A stretch of DNA of 64,000 nucleotides from Podarcis bocagei (Eukaryota): NCBI GenBank assembly GCA_964188305.1, contig OZ076885.1. One strand, given 5' to 3'. The notes below the pieces were generated by a model. The model was not told the DNA's origin. It searched no databases and was given only the letters and a program-made list of their open reading frames with translations. Below are positions 26,864 through 40,501 of this stretch, one piece after another. Position numbers and translations under genes: made by a program. Position 1 is the stretch's first letter; each line of letters opens with the position of its first letter.

Positions 26864-27517
26864 AAGTTAGCTCACGAAATATACCCACGAGGCAGCGATA
26901 CCCAAGAGTGTCTGGCTTGTGTTTTAACTTAATGGCATTAAGTTTCACCTCAATAAACCTGGCATAGTGTTTGGAACTAAGCTATGGAATCAATGAGTGC
27001 AGTTCAGCTCCATGGCAGTGAGTGCAAGTGTAGCTAGCCATGGATTTTAATGGCATGGGGCTGGTACACATGGGGCTGGTACTTCACCCAGCACTGTATG
27101 ATGAGGTGTGCATTGTGCACACCTGCCTGCAGATCTCAATGCAACCCTGGCACCAACTTTTAGGATCATTTGACCTTGAACCTGGGCACCCTCTGGAATT
27201 TGACACCTCAGGGGTTAACACTGTTAAAAAACAACAACCCAATATATCTCCAGTAATTATGACTGTCCCCAAAAGGGAATCAGCATATTCATTTAAAAGA
27301 TGTTAAAACAGAATTAGCCAGCAGAGACTTTCATAAGCAACACAGAGACAATAAGCTATTTATAAAAGAGCCGGCACGAATCATTCAAGCTATCAAGACG
27401 CATGCAAACATGGAAGAGAAGGAGGAGAGGGAGAAGGAGAGGGGATGCTCACAGGAGGATTCCTGTGCAGGGAAATGAGTTCTCTTTGGGATTCAAAATT
27501 TCCCTAGTTGCTAAGGC

Positions 27518-27582
27518 GAAGAAGAAGAAGAAGAAGAAGAAGAAGAAGAAGAAGAAGAAGAAGAAGAAGAAGAAGAAGAAGA
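27518..27582. repeat. (GAA)n microsatellite
   Basis: Directly visible. Source of the poly-K and poly-R ORFs. Confidence 0.98.
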
Positions 27583-28839
27583 GGTGTCCTTGTGGCAGGG
27601 ACAGGATGTATGATTAAAATGAAAGTGAAGACTAAAAATCCTATTTCCCAGTTTCATCAAGTTCAGCACATCTGTATAACTAGGCTAAGAGGTGACAGCC
27701 GGGCTGAAGATCCTGCCCCATCCTGATCTAACAAAAGGAAGGTGAAAATTAATAGAATCTGACCTGCAAGTAGTGATGGAAAGAGCTGCCATTTTTGGTT
27801 CTCTCTGTTTCTCCATTTCCCATTCGCCCACATTTCTGCAGCAATTAGTTCATTAAAAAAATAATAACCCCCATGACAATTCTTCAGCATTTTATTGTGA
27901 TTTCTTCTTCTTCTTATGAACACATTTTTGAATGCAGTTTGGACTAATGTACACATTTTTGCAAGCAATTCCTCCTAATATGATGCATTTCCATTTTTTT
28001 CATGAGTATATTCCATTTTCATACACTTTCCCCTAATATATGCATATTTTTTTTTGCAAACACTGGCTGAAGAACTGCATCACAAATTGTCGGTAAGTGC
28101 AGATTTCAAAGGGTGTGTGTGTGTTGTGTTTCAGTTCTCACCCTTTCTGGAAACTGAATCCAATGAAGTCACTTTTAAAGGTGAGCTCAATTGAATTCCC
28201 GCTCCCCATATCCCAAGCTGTGACCATACCAATTTAGCAAGCAATCCAAAGAGAGGTGCAGGAGGCAAGGGGTTAAATTAGGGTGCAATATGCATACCAG
28301 ATCAGTAATGAATGACTCCACTTCAGGGACACCACTTCAGAATACCTGCTACTCCTGGCTCTTCCTGTGTCTGGAATTTAAGCTTTCCATTCCATGCACA
28401 GCTCACCCTTATAAAAAAAGTAATCAAAACGGAACATGTCGACTAACTTGCCACGATGCTCATTTCCTTACTTTGCATCATGACTCATCCCCCCCCCACA
28501 TTGATTTCAATGAGACCTAAACACAACTCACTTAGTCTGGATCCCAGTTGCTGTGCGCAAAAGGCACCTCCCCATTCTGATGGCTGCAACACATTGTTGA
28601 CAGATGGTGTGGTCGGGCAGCAATGCTTACCTAACCTCCCAGAAGGCGAGTCACTGCTGCTTACTGGGCGTCCAGGTAAGCAGCTTCTCCACACCATGCC
28701 ATCTGCAACTAGTTGTAGACATTCAAGGCAGATACAGTTGTTGTGCTATATAGGCTGGCGTAACAGTATGGACAGGAAGAAACCCCTGACATTTCCTGCA
28801 AGTGTGGCTACTCACCTGCGTAAGAGCTTCAAGATTTAG

Positions 28840-29440
28840 CCTGATGACTGATTAAATTAAACACTTGACTGTCTGGCATATCACTCCGTTACCCACGGAT
28901 GGTACAGATAGTCACTTCAAATTGTACAAACACAAGGAATCTATTATTGGCATTTTTCTCTTGATTTTTCTCTGACGTTCAGCCCGAATTATAAGTGTTG
29001 TTGGCCGTATAAGGCTCCCAGCATAAATTTAAATCTGTTATCTTTTAGGCGATGGCAACTAACTGCAATCTCAGTAGCATACGGCATGGGGAGGTGGGAG
29101 ATTTTCTTGGCTCTGTTGTGAGAGAGAGAAATTAAAAAGGAGCCTACTATGCTGACTCACTAAGACAAACAACTTACTATGGAATACATTCAGGGCTTAG
29201 CAAAGAAGCAGCTGATATTGAGTCAGTGACTGACTAGTGTCTCCTCTTCCTCCCCCCACCCCTTGGGAAAGATTGGGCTTAATGTAATGAAGTAATAGCA
29301 AGTAATTAATCTGGATGCACCCTTTTATACTCGTATCAGTAATTATGTCGACAGCGAAAATGAACAAATAATTCATAGGCATACAAATAATTTGGTGGCG
29401 ATTTAGTGTGTTATTCTCCAGCGAACAAAAGCTTCATCTT
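28840..29440. promoter_or_regulatory. Candidate conserved non-coding element / enhancer
   Basis: Repeat-free block dense in TAAT/ATTA homeodomain cores with locally retained CpGs. Compositional inference only. Confidence 0.25.
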
Positions 29441-31509
29441 GGGACCAGTCTGTACTGTGCTTGTTTGGGGGTCAGAGATTCTCATTTGGCTCATCCCAGC
29501 AGAAGACATAGGAACATCCAAAACTAATTCCACAATGAACGAGGGATTCCAAGTTGGAATGGTTTTCTGTAATAATCTTGCTTGAGCTTAACTCTGACAT
29601 CATCTGTGATCACAAAACTGAGTTACTTTTTTAATGAAACATTCCCCTGCACTTGCTTGTACCATTGCTGAATAATGGAGATCCTTGGCACCTGACCTTT
29701 TCATAGGAGACTCTCCCTTGATACATTCTGTAGTGCAGAAGGAAGGAAAGCTGGTTTCTCACTTGCCCTTTTAAATTAAGAGGGTTCCCCCTTCTAAAAT
29801 GCTATTATAGCTTATCCTCTCTTAGACAATAATAAAAACAAACCAGCAAAACAAACTCTTCAGTCATACTGCACGTAGGAGTAAAGAAACACACCTCTGG
29901 CTGATCTCATTACTCTCCCTTCGAGAATGCCAATGCACATTGTTTACCTTTTAATAAAATGCCCATGTTTTGTGTTGTATGTAACTCGTGCAGGTTTCCC
30001 TGGAAGTTCAGTTTTCTTTGGGGTTTGTATACCTGCTTCTGCACACTTAGATTCCACTGGCAATTGTCTGCACTGGTTTGCAAAACATCATGCTATATTA
30101 ATAGGGAGTTTTGTGCAAGGTGGTGGCAAAGCTGCTTATGATCCCACAATGCCAAAACTGAGGAGAAAGCCATCTGGCCTGGCTTTTGTAGGTCTCGATT
30201 TCTTGTAGCCCAAACTGGTTACAAAATAAAACTGAAAGTATCAACATAGTTGCCTATCGTTTGTAGAATAGGCCATTCAAAGCTGTGCTGAGACAAGAAA
30301 AGATTCCACGGAACCAGTCTGAGCATCTGGGTGGCCAAACACTCTGTTTGGAGAAGATACAGACAGTAAATAGGCAGAATAAATATTGTGTACGCCTTAA
30401 TAAAGCTACCATCTGACATGCACTCTGTACTCATGCCAATCAATTATACAACCGCCTTCTTGCCCAGAGGGAATGGAACCACCCTCTAGTAATGATGTCC
30501 ACCTTAACACCTGATTCACCACAATCATACTCATGCAATAACCACACCTAGTTTGGATAAGATAAAGCTATAATTAGACTGTGCATAAGAACTGTCTAGA
30601 GGGACTGCAAGGTATCTGTATCTCATTTGATCATGACAAGAAGCACCATTCTGAAAGGGAAGATGTCGGACCAACGCCATCATCTTCCCCAAAGACTCAT
30701 TTGACTGGAATGTTGGCAATGTATTACGTACACTGCAGACTGACTGAATAACCAGGCGTTGTTGCCTCTCAGTGCGTCATCTGTTGCAAACATTGGTAAC
30801 ACTGTGGGCATTAAATGTTCCACACAGAATTGTCAAGTACAAGACTAGCCTGGGCAGAATTTTGAAACGTAAAGTGAAATATGTATCTCCCAATACCATA
30901 GCAAACCTTACAGAAGCCAAGTGCTGATGTCATCCTGACTCTTCACCCACTATATGTGCGTGCATCTGGTTTGTCACCATCCTGCCATATTTGCCCCCTT
31001 TCCTCTCTTCCCCCAAGCTGCTGCTCTTTCCTGGAAGCCCTTCCTCCATCTATCAGCAATTACTGGGTTATTAAAGCTTCAGGTAGGCACTACCCAAGAA
31101 AGCCACCTCAGTGCTCCTAGTGAGATAGCTGGTGCAGTGCAGTTTTTCATGGTGATGATTTTACAGGTACTGTGTAAATTAAAAACACACAGAGATATGC
31201 TCATCACATTCAAGTGGCAATACGGCTGTCAAAGTGGAATTAAAGCACATGACCTAAGAGAAATATGTTTTGGTCTGGGCAGCCACTTTCTTTGCCTCCC
31301 AGGTATCCAGCGACTGGGGCCATACAAGTTTTTGCTCTCGGGTGCTGAAGGAAGGAGGAAAGTTGGCAGGGATTGCCGTAGAAGCATCCTGTTAAAGGAG
31401 TGAACCTCTCCTTGGCAGTTCTGGCTCCAGGCACTAAGAAAACAGCAAGTGCAATCCAGCCATGGGGAAAGAACTTTAATTTCCCATTGGTTTCAGAAAC
31501 TATTATGGA

Positions 31510-31720
31510 AAACCAGTGTGGTGAAGTGGTTAGAGTGCCGGACTAGGTCTTAGGAGACCAGATTTGCATCCTCATCCATGAAGCTCCCTCAGTAGCCTCA
31601 ACCTGGAGTCACTGTCTCTCAGCCTAACCTACCTCTCAGGGTTGTTGTGAGGATAAAATAGGAATGGAGAGACCCATGCATGACACCTTGAGCTCCTTGG
31701 AGGAATGGTGGGAAATATTA
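31510..31720 (+). mobile_element. MIR/CORE-like SINE
   Basis: CCAGTGTGGTGAAGTGGTTAGAGTG head and CCTAACCTACCTCTCAGGGTTGTTGTGAGGATAAA core. Confidence 0.8.
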
Positions 31721-31748
31721 TTATTTTATTATTTATTAAATTTGTATA

Positions 31749-31892
31749 CATCTGAAGGCAGCCCTGTTTAGGGAAGTTTTTAATGCTTGATGATGATGAT
31801 GATGAGAGCCGCCCAGAGTGGCTGGAGAAACCCAGCCAGATGGGTGGGGTATGTATGTATGTATGAATGAATGAATAAATAAATAAATAAAT
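31749..31892 (+). mobile_element. L2 3' tail (young lacertid family)
   Basis: Matches the 3' end of the 43463-43790 copy. Confidence 0.8.
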
Positions 31893-31926
31893 AACCCTAT
31901 ACCCGCAGGGTGGTTCACATAATCAA

Positions 31927-32054
31927 NNNNNNNNNNNNNNNNNNNNNNNNNNNNNNNNNNNNNNNNNNNNNNNNNNNNNNNNNNNNNNNNNNNNNNNNNN
32001 NNNNNNNNNNNNNNNNNNNNNNNNNNNNNNNNNNNNNNNNNNNNNNNNNNNNNN
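31927..32054. other. Assembly gap (N run)
   Basis: Run of N. Confidence 1.
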
Positions 32055-32339
32055 TTAAGGGCTAAGGTAGATGATTGTAGCACTGCTAGTGAGGAAGCCT
32101 GCTAGTGTTGTGTGTGTGTATTTTGAATTAATAGCAGGCATGGGGAGGCCTAGTTTTAATTTGAACCAAAGGGAGTTTTTTACCCTCAGGCTAACAAAGT
32201 GTGAAGGTGATTTTCATTGGGACCTTGGGGGTGGGGAGAAAGGCTGATATCTCCCTATTTCACATGGTGTGGTCCTGATGCAAACTCCTCCCATTACTAA
32301 AATAATTTAGACAGGCTCCCCCATGTTGTGTTACATGTA

Positions 32340-32581
32340 CAGTGGGACCTCGGGTTACAGACGCTTCAGGTTACATATGCTTCAGGTTACAGACTATGCT
32401 AACCCAGAAATAGTACCTCGGGTTAAGAACTTTGCTTCAGGATGAGAACAGAAATCGTGCAGCGGCGGCGCAGCAGCAGCAGGAGGCCCTGTTAGCTAAA
32501 GTGGTGCTTCAAGTTAAGAACAGTTTCAGGTTAAGAACGGACCTCCGGAATGAATTAAGTACGTAACCAGAGGTACCACTG
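32340..32581. mobile_element. Tc1/pogo-type MITE (TA TSD)
   Basis: TA|CAGTGGGACCTC ... GAGGTACCACTG|TA. Same family as 46213 and 60734. Confidence 0.9.
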
Positions 32582-35059
32582 TAGTTTGCACTTTAGTTTT
32601 GTCCTCTGGAGGAGGTAGAACCACACTCCAAGCTGTGGTACATTTCCCACAATTCCCTGCAAAGAAACTTACACTAGGGTTCTCCACCAAGAGAGAAACC
32701 TGCCATGGAAAGCACTGCAAAAGTAGTAATTTTTGGTAACTGTGTTTTGCCTCTGCTGTCTCCTTAAATGACTCAAAGTTGACGGGGTGGGTGGGTGGTG
32801 AGGGCAATGCAGAAAAACCACCTGAACCCTACTAGAGATTGTCAAGAGGTTTCTTCAAGGACTTGCTAGAACAGGCAGCTGCTGCTCGACTCAAAAACCT
32901 AGGCCAATATCCATGCTGGGTGAAGGCTTAACAGCTTCCCTGCCACCCTCAACAGTATTTTCTTTGGACATGGATTGAGATGCATTTACCTCCACTTGAC
33001 ACATGGCTGCCCCCTCCCGCTGGAGACTGTCCCTCCCCCAGACAACGCAGAGTCACAGCAGCACCAGAGGGTGTGGGGGCAGTAGCATTTTGGGCATCAG
33101 AAGATCTCACCGTTTTTAGAACATCACAAATCATGGGCGACACAGCGCTGTGGCTCTTCTCCCACCAGTAAATCACAAAGCCACCTCTCTCTTTCTCCGT
33201 CTCTGTCTGTCTGTCTGTCTCACTCCTTTTCCCTTTTGTTCCACATACAGATCCCTCCTCTCATGCTCAGAAACATGCGAAGACAGCTCGTCCAGGGTCT
33301 GCTGCCAGAGCTCTGTTGATTTCACTGTGGCAAATGGGAACAGAAACTGGCCTCCCGATTGTGTCTTCTGTCAAACGGAGCACAGAAGCATTCACGAGGC
33401 TGAGTGCTTTGTATTTTGCTCTTCCCATTGGTGTGTGTGTGTGTGTGTGTGTGTGTGCACAAGCCTGCTGGGGCACACACACACACACACACGAAGCAGA
33501 AAGTGGAGCCGCTCTTTTGATCTGTTTCAAAGACCATGCGTGTTTTTGGGGGGGGGGTTAAAAAAGAAGCTAAACAAGTTGAGCTGTTTATGACTAGTTT
33601 AAAGGCATCCTATAAATGAAATTGTTGCTCCTAGAGAAACTGGGAAATGGGTATAAAAGCAGTGCCACTTAAGGTAACGTCTCTCTGCCTGGGAAATCCT
33701 GTGTGAGTTTGGTTTACAGATTATGTAAGGCATTTCCATAAGGAGTTGCTCACAAATACATAATGCCAAGGGAAGCCCTTGTGAGGAAAGACATATCTAA
33801 TGATCCAAGGAAAACTGGAGAGAATAAAGGAATCAGATGTTTTAAAAATGACATCCAGCTTCACTGGGTTGCATTCAGTGTAAGACAGTGGCAGTTCCCA
33901 CTGAAATCAATAGGACTTGGCTTACCTTTCACATTGGTTTCATTGGGACTAAGTGCAACTAGTTTAGTCTAAATCCAATTGATGGTCCCTGAAAATGTAA
34001 TGTAAGAGGGGGCCCATGGGCATATACAGAATGCCTTTCCTTCATCAACAAGCAACCATAACCTGGACAGGCCCTCCTCTAGGTCAGAGACTGTGCTTTC
34101 CATTAGGTTTGAACCCCAGGATTTGTTTGTTAAAAGGTAAAATGCTTCCCCACCGTATATAGTTCATGTACCTGCTGTGCTGTGTGCATATGTATGGAGG
34201 AGAAGACATGCAAGCACATGTCTTTTTCTCACAGGTAGTTAGTGAAACTGAGAGGGGAGGTAAGATGCGAAAAGATGACGCAACCAAAATCTTGATTTCA
34301 AGCATGCATGTTCTCTGATGGTGACAGCAGTAAACCTTGCACATAAGGTCCTACTTAAATCTGGAACCTTCAAGAGTATAACTGTGTCTACAGGATTGCA
34401 GCATAAATGTTCAAGTTACAGTTTGAAAGCCATAAAAATTGGAACATCTGGTGCTTACGTAAGCCCCATAAGGCTACAGGGCCTTCCTTGTGTGTTCCAA
34501 ATGCAAAGTTAAGGGCAGCCTGTTACAACAACAGAGCTTTACAACCGGAGGCTTTATAGCTATATAAAGACAACTCTCTTTTTTGCGCTGAAAGTCAGGA
34601 GTTCAAATCACCAGCAAACAGCCTGGGACAGAGGCCACACTTGCAGCAGCAGCAACTGTGGAGATCAGCAAGGAGAGCACACAGCAAATTTCAAAAATAG
34701 GTAGAAGCAACGGGGGGGGGGGGAGACCGATGGGGAGGCAGGGAGAGTGGAGACGGACATATGCAAAAGGTAGCAGTGCTTCCAATGTATTCTGCCCAGG
34801 ATGCCCGAGGCCCACTGTGCACTCATTAAGACTGAAGGGAAGAGGCAGAGAAGTTGGCTGCAGGAGAGTGGGAAATGACAGATGCAGAGGCTGTGCAAGC
34901 AGACCTGGGAAGCAAAGGATGGGCCTACATAGAAGGTCTCTAAGAAGTGCCTGGCAGCTGACTGGCAATGGAGAGGGTGAGGCACGTCTAGCAGACCACA
35001 ACTGTGAGTAGGTGTGTTTCAAACAACGCAGCCAGTGTGCCTTTGCATTCCCCACCCCA

Positions 35060-36140
35060 TTTTTGTTTTGTTTTTATTGAGTTTCATAAACAAGAATAAG
35101 GTAAAGGTAAAGGGACCCCTGATCGTTAGGTCCAGTCACGGACGACTCTGGGGTTGCAGCGCTCATCTCGCTTTATTGGCTGAGGGAGCCGGCATACAGC
35201 TTCCAGGTCATGTGGCCAGCATGACTAAGCCGCTTCTGGTAAACCAGAGCAGTGCACGGAAACGCTGTTTACCTTCTCACCAGAGCTGTACCTATTTATC
35301 TACTTGCACTTTGACATGCTTTCGAACTGCTAGGTTGGCAGGAGCAGGGACCGAGCAAAGGGAGCTCACCCTGTCGCAGGGATTTGAACTGCCGACTTTC
35401 TGATCAGCAAGTCCTAGGCTCTGTGGTTTAGACCACAGTGGCACCCGCGTCTCTCATAAACAAGAGTAATGTTATACAAATAAGTATACCAAGTTTTCTC
35501 ATGTCATTTGATTCTCACAAAAATAGCATAAAAATGTGGGGAAATGATTATTAGTGGTCAGTGTATAAGTTCTTGGTTCATGAATTATTTTAAACAATTA
35601 GGAAGAATAGAAAAAAGAAAAAAGGAGGGAGAGAGGGAGGGGGAAATGGCAAGTGGGGTGGGGTGGTTATGCTTCTATTCTTCTGCTTAGTGGTGTGGGG
35701 TTGTGTCAGCGTCACTTGTATGGGTTCTCTTACTATTCACTTGTTGTGTCTCCTTGGTGGTGAGAGAGGTTGGGGTGGCTTGAGGTGTGGTTGGTTGTCT
35801 TTGGTTGGCTGTCGTGAGAATTGTTTTTGTGTGTGAGCAGGGTATGACTGTGTATTTTTGAATCAGGTTAGCCAGATTGATTCATATGCTGTTGGGGGAT
35901 TCTTGTTGTTGGGCTGTGTATGTGTAAAGGGGAACCAAACTGGGGTGAAGGCATCTTCTTCTGTTTGTCCCTGTGCCAGTTTCAGTTTATTGGTTGGTTT
36001 TTCTAGTAAGGCTGTTTCCCATACTGCTTGATACCATTGGTTCATGTTTACTCCTGACAGATCTCTCCAGTGTCTGGCTACGATCTTTCTGGCTGCTGAG
36101 AGCAGGTGTGTTATTTGCATTGGATCTGAAAAGCTGAATG
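35060..36140 (-). mobile_element. L1-clade LINE 3' fragment interrupted by a Sauria SINE
   Basis: ORF2 C-terminal peptide LLSAARKIVARHWR...WYQAVWETALLEK...FTPVWFPF, then 3' UTR and T-rich (poly-A) end. Confidence 0.8.
35097..35453 (-). mobile_element. Sauria SINE (Squam1), full length
   Basis: GTAAAGGTAAAGGGACCCC tail through to the ...CACCCGCGTC head. TSD TCATAAACAAGA. Confidence 0.93.
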
Positions 36141-36396
36141 GAGGCAGAGACACAGAGGTGGGGCATGAATGGTAAGGTAGAGGTTAAGATTGGTGGGGCA
36201 GAAAGCAGGGCAGCCAACAGCAGGCAGAGTTTGGCCCCCACCCTCCTCCCTGCTACGTATTCTGAGATGAAGGAGCAGGTAGTGACACCCCCTGGACTGG
36301 TTGCAAGTGAGAAGACAGGCAAATCTGGGCTGACAGGGAGGGGAGGCAGAATGAGATTACAGAGTGGGGCTCCATTTACCCTAATGTACCATATTA

Positions 36397-36646
36397 CAGT
36401 GGAGCCTCGGAAGTCAAACGCCTGTAAACTTGAACGTTTTGGCTCCTGAATGAATGAAAACTGGAAGTGATTGTTCCAGTTTTGAAATGATTTTTGGAAG
36501 CCGAACGTCCAGCGCAGCTTCCGAAACTTCCGATTGGCTGCAGGACGCTCCTGCAGCCAATCGGAAGCCGTGCCTTGGAAGTTGAACGTTTTAGAAGTTT
36601 AACGGACTTCCAGAACGGATTCTGTTTGACTTCCAAGGTATGTCTG
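36397..36646. mobile_element. Tc1/pogo-type MITE
   Basis: TA|CAGTGGAGCCTCGGAAGTCAAAC ... GTTTGACTTCCAAGGTATGTCTG|TA. Confidence 0.8.
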
Positions 36647-38034
36647 TAATTTCAAAAACAGTTCATAAACAAAACAAAACAAAACAAAACAAAAACCTTT
36701 AAAATAATACTGATAAGAAAAAGTAAGGCAATGAAAAGCCCATATAAAGGCCAAAAAGGAGTTAATTGTTAAAGATAATCCAAAGCAAAAAAAGAAAGAA
36801 AATGTTTTGCTTGTTTCAGAAAGCTAGTAACTCTCTTCAGGGGAGAATTCCATAAAATTGGGGCTGCTATAGAGTAGTCTCTGCTCCAAGTAAAGACAGG
36901 GCTCTTATTTCCAGTTGCACTTGGATCTTATGTGCTGTTGGCAGTTCAAAGGCTGCCATTCGGTGTGCACTTAATGAGAAGAAAATCTCATGGACCTCCG
37001 TATTTCTGAGCAAATATACATCAGATCTGTTGGCAGGTCGGATGACACTTCTGTTTGAACATAATGCTAAATGGAAAAGGATCCTGCAAACCACTGCCAC
37101 AGTTAGAAGGTGTTTCAGTGCACTAATGTGCCTATTACTCTGTCTGCAGATTAGCTGAAAAGTACAAATATTCAACCACCTATTTAAACAAACTTGGAAA
37201 AAACGAGTTCTTCTGAAAATAAAGAAGGGTAGCAGGGCACAGTGCATTATGTTTGTAAAAACATAAGCTGAGAGCAAATGTTTGAACAGCCAACTTGCAT
37301 TTGATAACTTCAGTATTTTATTCAAAAGAAAGGAGAGATGGTTAACATTGGCATCAAGGTAGTACAGGAAACAGAAATGAAAGGAGAGGGGGAAAGTAAA
37401 CAAACAAATGCACTCACAATGGAACAAGGACTCTGTGAAGTGTTTACGCTGCAAATACAAACCGTGTGTGTGTACTACACACACATATCTGGTTTCAGTT
37501 TGGTTGGTTATATTTTAGCCCCAAATGGTGTCTTTTTAGAAGAGAAGAGCTCTTAGAAGCAGTTGAACAAAGTCTCTTCCTCATAAAAATAGCAGGGAAG
37601 GATGGCTTCACTGACACAAAATATCTCAGGTATTCCACTGCTGAAAGCAGTGCCCTGTGCTTTGACCCAATTCATAGTAATGGTGGTAACCTTTAAAGCC
37701 TTGGATGGTTTGGGACCAGGTTATCAAAGGGAGCGTCTCCACCCACATGTGCTTCTCAACGCATTCTGATCACCCATGGGGACCCTCTTTTGTGACACGG
37801 GAATGTCACCTACTGTGCAAAAGTAAGGGCCATGCCCACGGGTCTGCTCCTTAGCCCCTTCCCCTACCCGCTTTTGCCTCTAGCCACACTCACTTTTGCC
37901 TCTGGCCCTTGCACACTGCTAGCATGTGGCCCCTGAATGGTTGTCCTTCAGGAAACGTAGATTTGGGGCTGGAAGCGGCACCCCACCCTGCTCTAAAGGT
38001 CTCTACCCTGCTCCCAAAACAGGGAGGACTTAAT

Positions 38035-38165
38035 TCAAGTGTGGGGATTCTTTGGGCCTCTGGATGTTGCTGAACTACAACTCCCATCAGCCCTAACAAG
38101 CATGGCTGAGGATGATGGGAGTTGTAGTTCAGCAAAATCTAGAGGACCAAAGGATCCCTAACCCG
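38035..38165. mobile_element. Palindromic hAT MITE (older copy of the 47351 family)
   Basis: ACTACAACTCCCATCA / TGATGGGAGTTGTAGT inverted arms. Further degraded copies at ~13760-13885 and ~21700-21800. Confidence 0.75.
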
Positions 38166-38465
38166 GTTTAATACTATGGTAGCAGATTATTGTAGGCTAC
38201 ATCTGCACTGCAGCCTTTTAAGGTTGTTCAGAAGCAGCTGTTCTGCTATCAGCGGGAAGTGGGATTATTTATTAATTTGTTTTGTAGTGCTCTTCACTAT
38301 TTCCCCCCAAAAAAGGATCACAGTGAGGTTAACATGGGTGTCCTGCATGGCACCAAACAGAACAAAGTGCTTTGCTCCATCTCTTCAAATGTCCTATGAC
38401 CATTCATAAAGCAAAATTAAGCAATGTCTCATTTTAAGAGGTGATGAGAAGGAAGCACTTCCTGA

Positions 38466-38467
<2 letters not shown>

Positions 38468-38516
<49 letters not shown>
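38468..38516. repeat. (TTG)n microsatellite
   Basis: Directly visible. Confidence 0.98.
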
Positions 38517-40005
38517 ATATATAGATGGAGTCTTAGCTCTCTAACATATTACTGGCACAATATTTCATAATAATGAACCTAGACCTTGATCTGGAGAAGC
38601 AAATTTCCTGCATCTTGGGCTGAATGGCATTCTGTGTCATCACCATAGAGATGCTTCCATCCCTGGAATAGGACAGAAATCCTTCCCTATGCAGTGCAGC
38701 AGGGAAATGAGCAGGAGTGCATTCTGTGGTTGGTTAGCAAATGAAATATACATCTACACACCTCTTAGCTTGGAGCCAATGGTGAGGCGGAAGGCCAGGG
38801 ATGAACCATGACTAATGGAACCTTCCCCAGTCATGGGGGGGGAGGGGTGTGGCCGGCGTAATAGATGCATTATCAACTAAATATCTGGCTCATGGCCCCT
38901 TTCAGAGAAACAATGATGACGCAGAAGGCCATCTCCTGGAGAGCTGACTCAGAGGTGTGGCCTGGCTGGAGAGGATGGCTGCTGCTCTGGACAGGCTCCC
39001 AGACCTCATCAGAAATAAAAGCTTGTTTGGGTTAACCACTAACTTGGTTTATAGTGAGTTTCTATCCTGGATACTTAGCATGATGTCTGCTACTCAAGAG
39101 AGTTATCCCTAAGGCTGGGCTAGAATCTATAGATCTTCTTGTCTGGATAGTTCTATATTCAACCTGAATCATTTATCCAATAATTCTCTGTTTCTGGGAG
39201 TTTTCTTCCATATTGAGGGGGCTAACAGGAGTTGTTCAGGTGTCTTGTTTTGTCTTTACAAGTATTTAAGATCAAGGACACCAGCTCAGGATGACTGTGA
39301 TAACTGAAGCCCTTTATTCTCCTTGCAGGATAAAGACATGAGGATAAGATGCAGATGTGTGGGCTAGAAGCTTTCTCAATCATAGAATGATAAATGACTT
39401 AGTTCTTCAGCATACTGTGTTTCTTTAGATGTACGTTTACAAACTTATATTAAACTGGGTTAAAAGCTTCGAAATCACATTCCTGTAAATGAATAGCAAA
39501 GCAAAAGGGGGCAAAAGTTATTTTTTCTTCCTGTGTCTATATCCTTAAGTGTCTCCCATCCTTTTGAGAAGAGAAAGAACTGAAGCAGGGAGGCAAATGT
39601 AAGGAAGCTGCTGTTAAAATAGCTGTGAAACACTGTCTTCTGTTGACACATGCAGCATTTCAAGAAAACATATTTTTGTAAAAACTGAAACAGATTGTGA
39701 TGTTCGTCGGCAGGAATATTGCTAGAAAACATTCCTACTATACTCTATTTTCTTTTATCTGTTTTTCTCCCTCTCCTACAAAGGGTTCCTTAATTAATCC
39801 TGGTGTTGATGGAGGATGGCAGCCATATGACAAGAGTGATATTGGCATCGCTAACTTGGGCAAAACGATGGCGCACTTGCCAATGGCGAGGCAGAGGGCC
39901 AAACTAGATGCAGAAGACCCAGGAACAGGATCTGCAGCTTTTTGGCTAATAATAATTGAAAGACAGGTGAAAGCCCCCTGAACAGGATTCCCCCATATAT
40001 ACAGA

Positions 40006-40501
40006 GTGGATGCAGGTGGCGCTGTGGTCTAAACCACTGAGCCTCTTGGGCTTGCCGATCAGAAGGTCTGTGGTTTGAATCTCTGTGATGGGGTGAGCTC
40101 CCGTTGCTCAGTCCCAGCTCCTGCCAATCTAGCAGTTCGAAAGCATGCCAGTGCAAGTAGATAAATAGGTGCCGCTGTGGTGGGAAGGTAAACGGCATTT
40201 CCGTGCGCTGCTCTGGTGTCGGTGTTCCGTTGTGCCAGAAGCGGCTTAGTCATGCTGGCCACATGACCCACAAAAACTGTCTGCAGATGAATGCTGGCTC
40301 CCTCGTCTTATAAAGCGAGATGAGTGCCGCAACCCCAGAGTCGTCTGCGACTGGACTTAACTGTCAGGGGTACTTTGCTGCTCTGGTTCACCAGAAGTGG
40401 CTTAGTCATGCTGGCCACATGACCCGGAAGCTGTACGCCAGCTCCCTCAGCCAGTAAAGCGAGATGAGTGCTGCAACCCCAGAGCCGTTTGCGACTGGAC
40501 C
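40006..40501 (+). mobile_element. Sauria SINE with a second 3' module (composite)
   Basis: GGTGGCGCTGTGGTCTAAACC head. The 3' module occurs twice. TSD TATACAGA. Confidence 0.9.

Noticed and set aside
27356-27368. MEF2/TATA-like CTATTTATAAAAG
   Set aside because: A single short motif. The downstream ORFs are (GAA)n microsatellite artefacts.
28604-28675. 72-nt AG...GTAAGC-bounded exon candidate
   Set aside because: Poor polypyrimidine tract, an equally good donor on the opposite strand and no recognisable peptide.
36867-37484. Longest ORF in the track (205 aa)
   Set aside because: Non-ATG start, F/L/C/H-rich composition typical of AT-rich non-coding antisense frames, and no domain.
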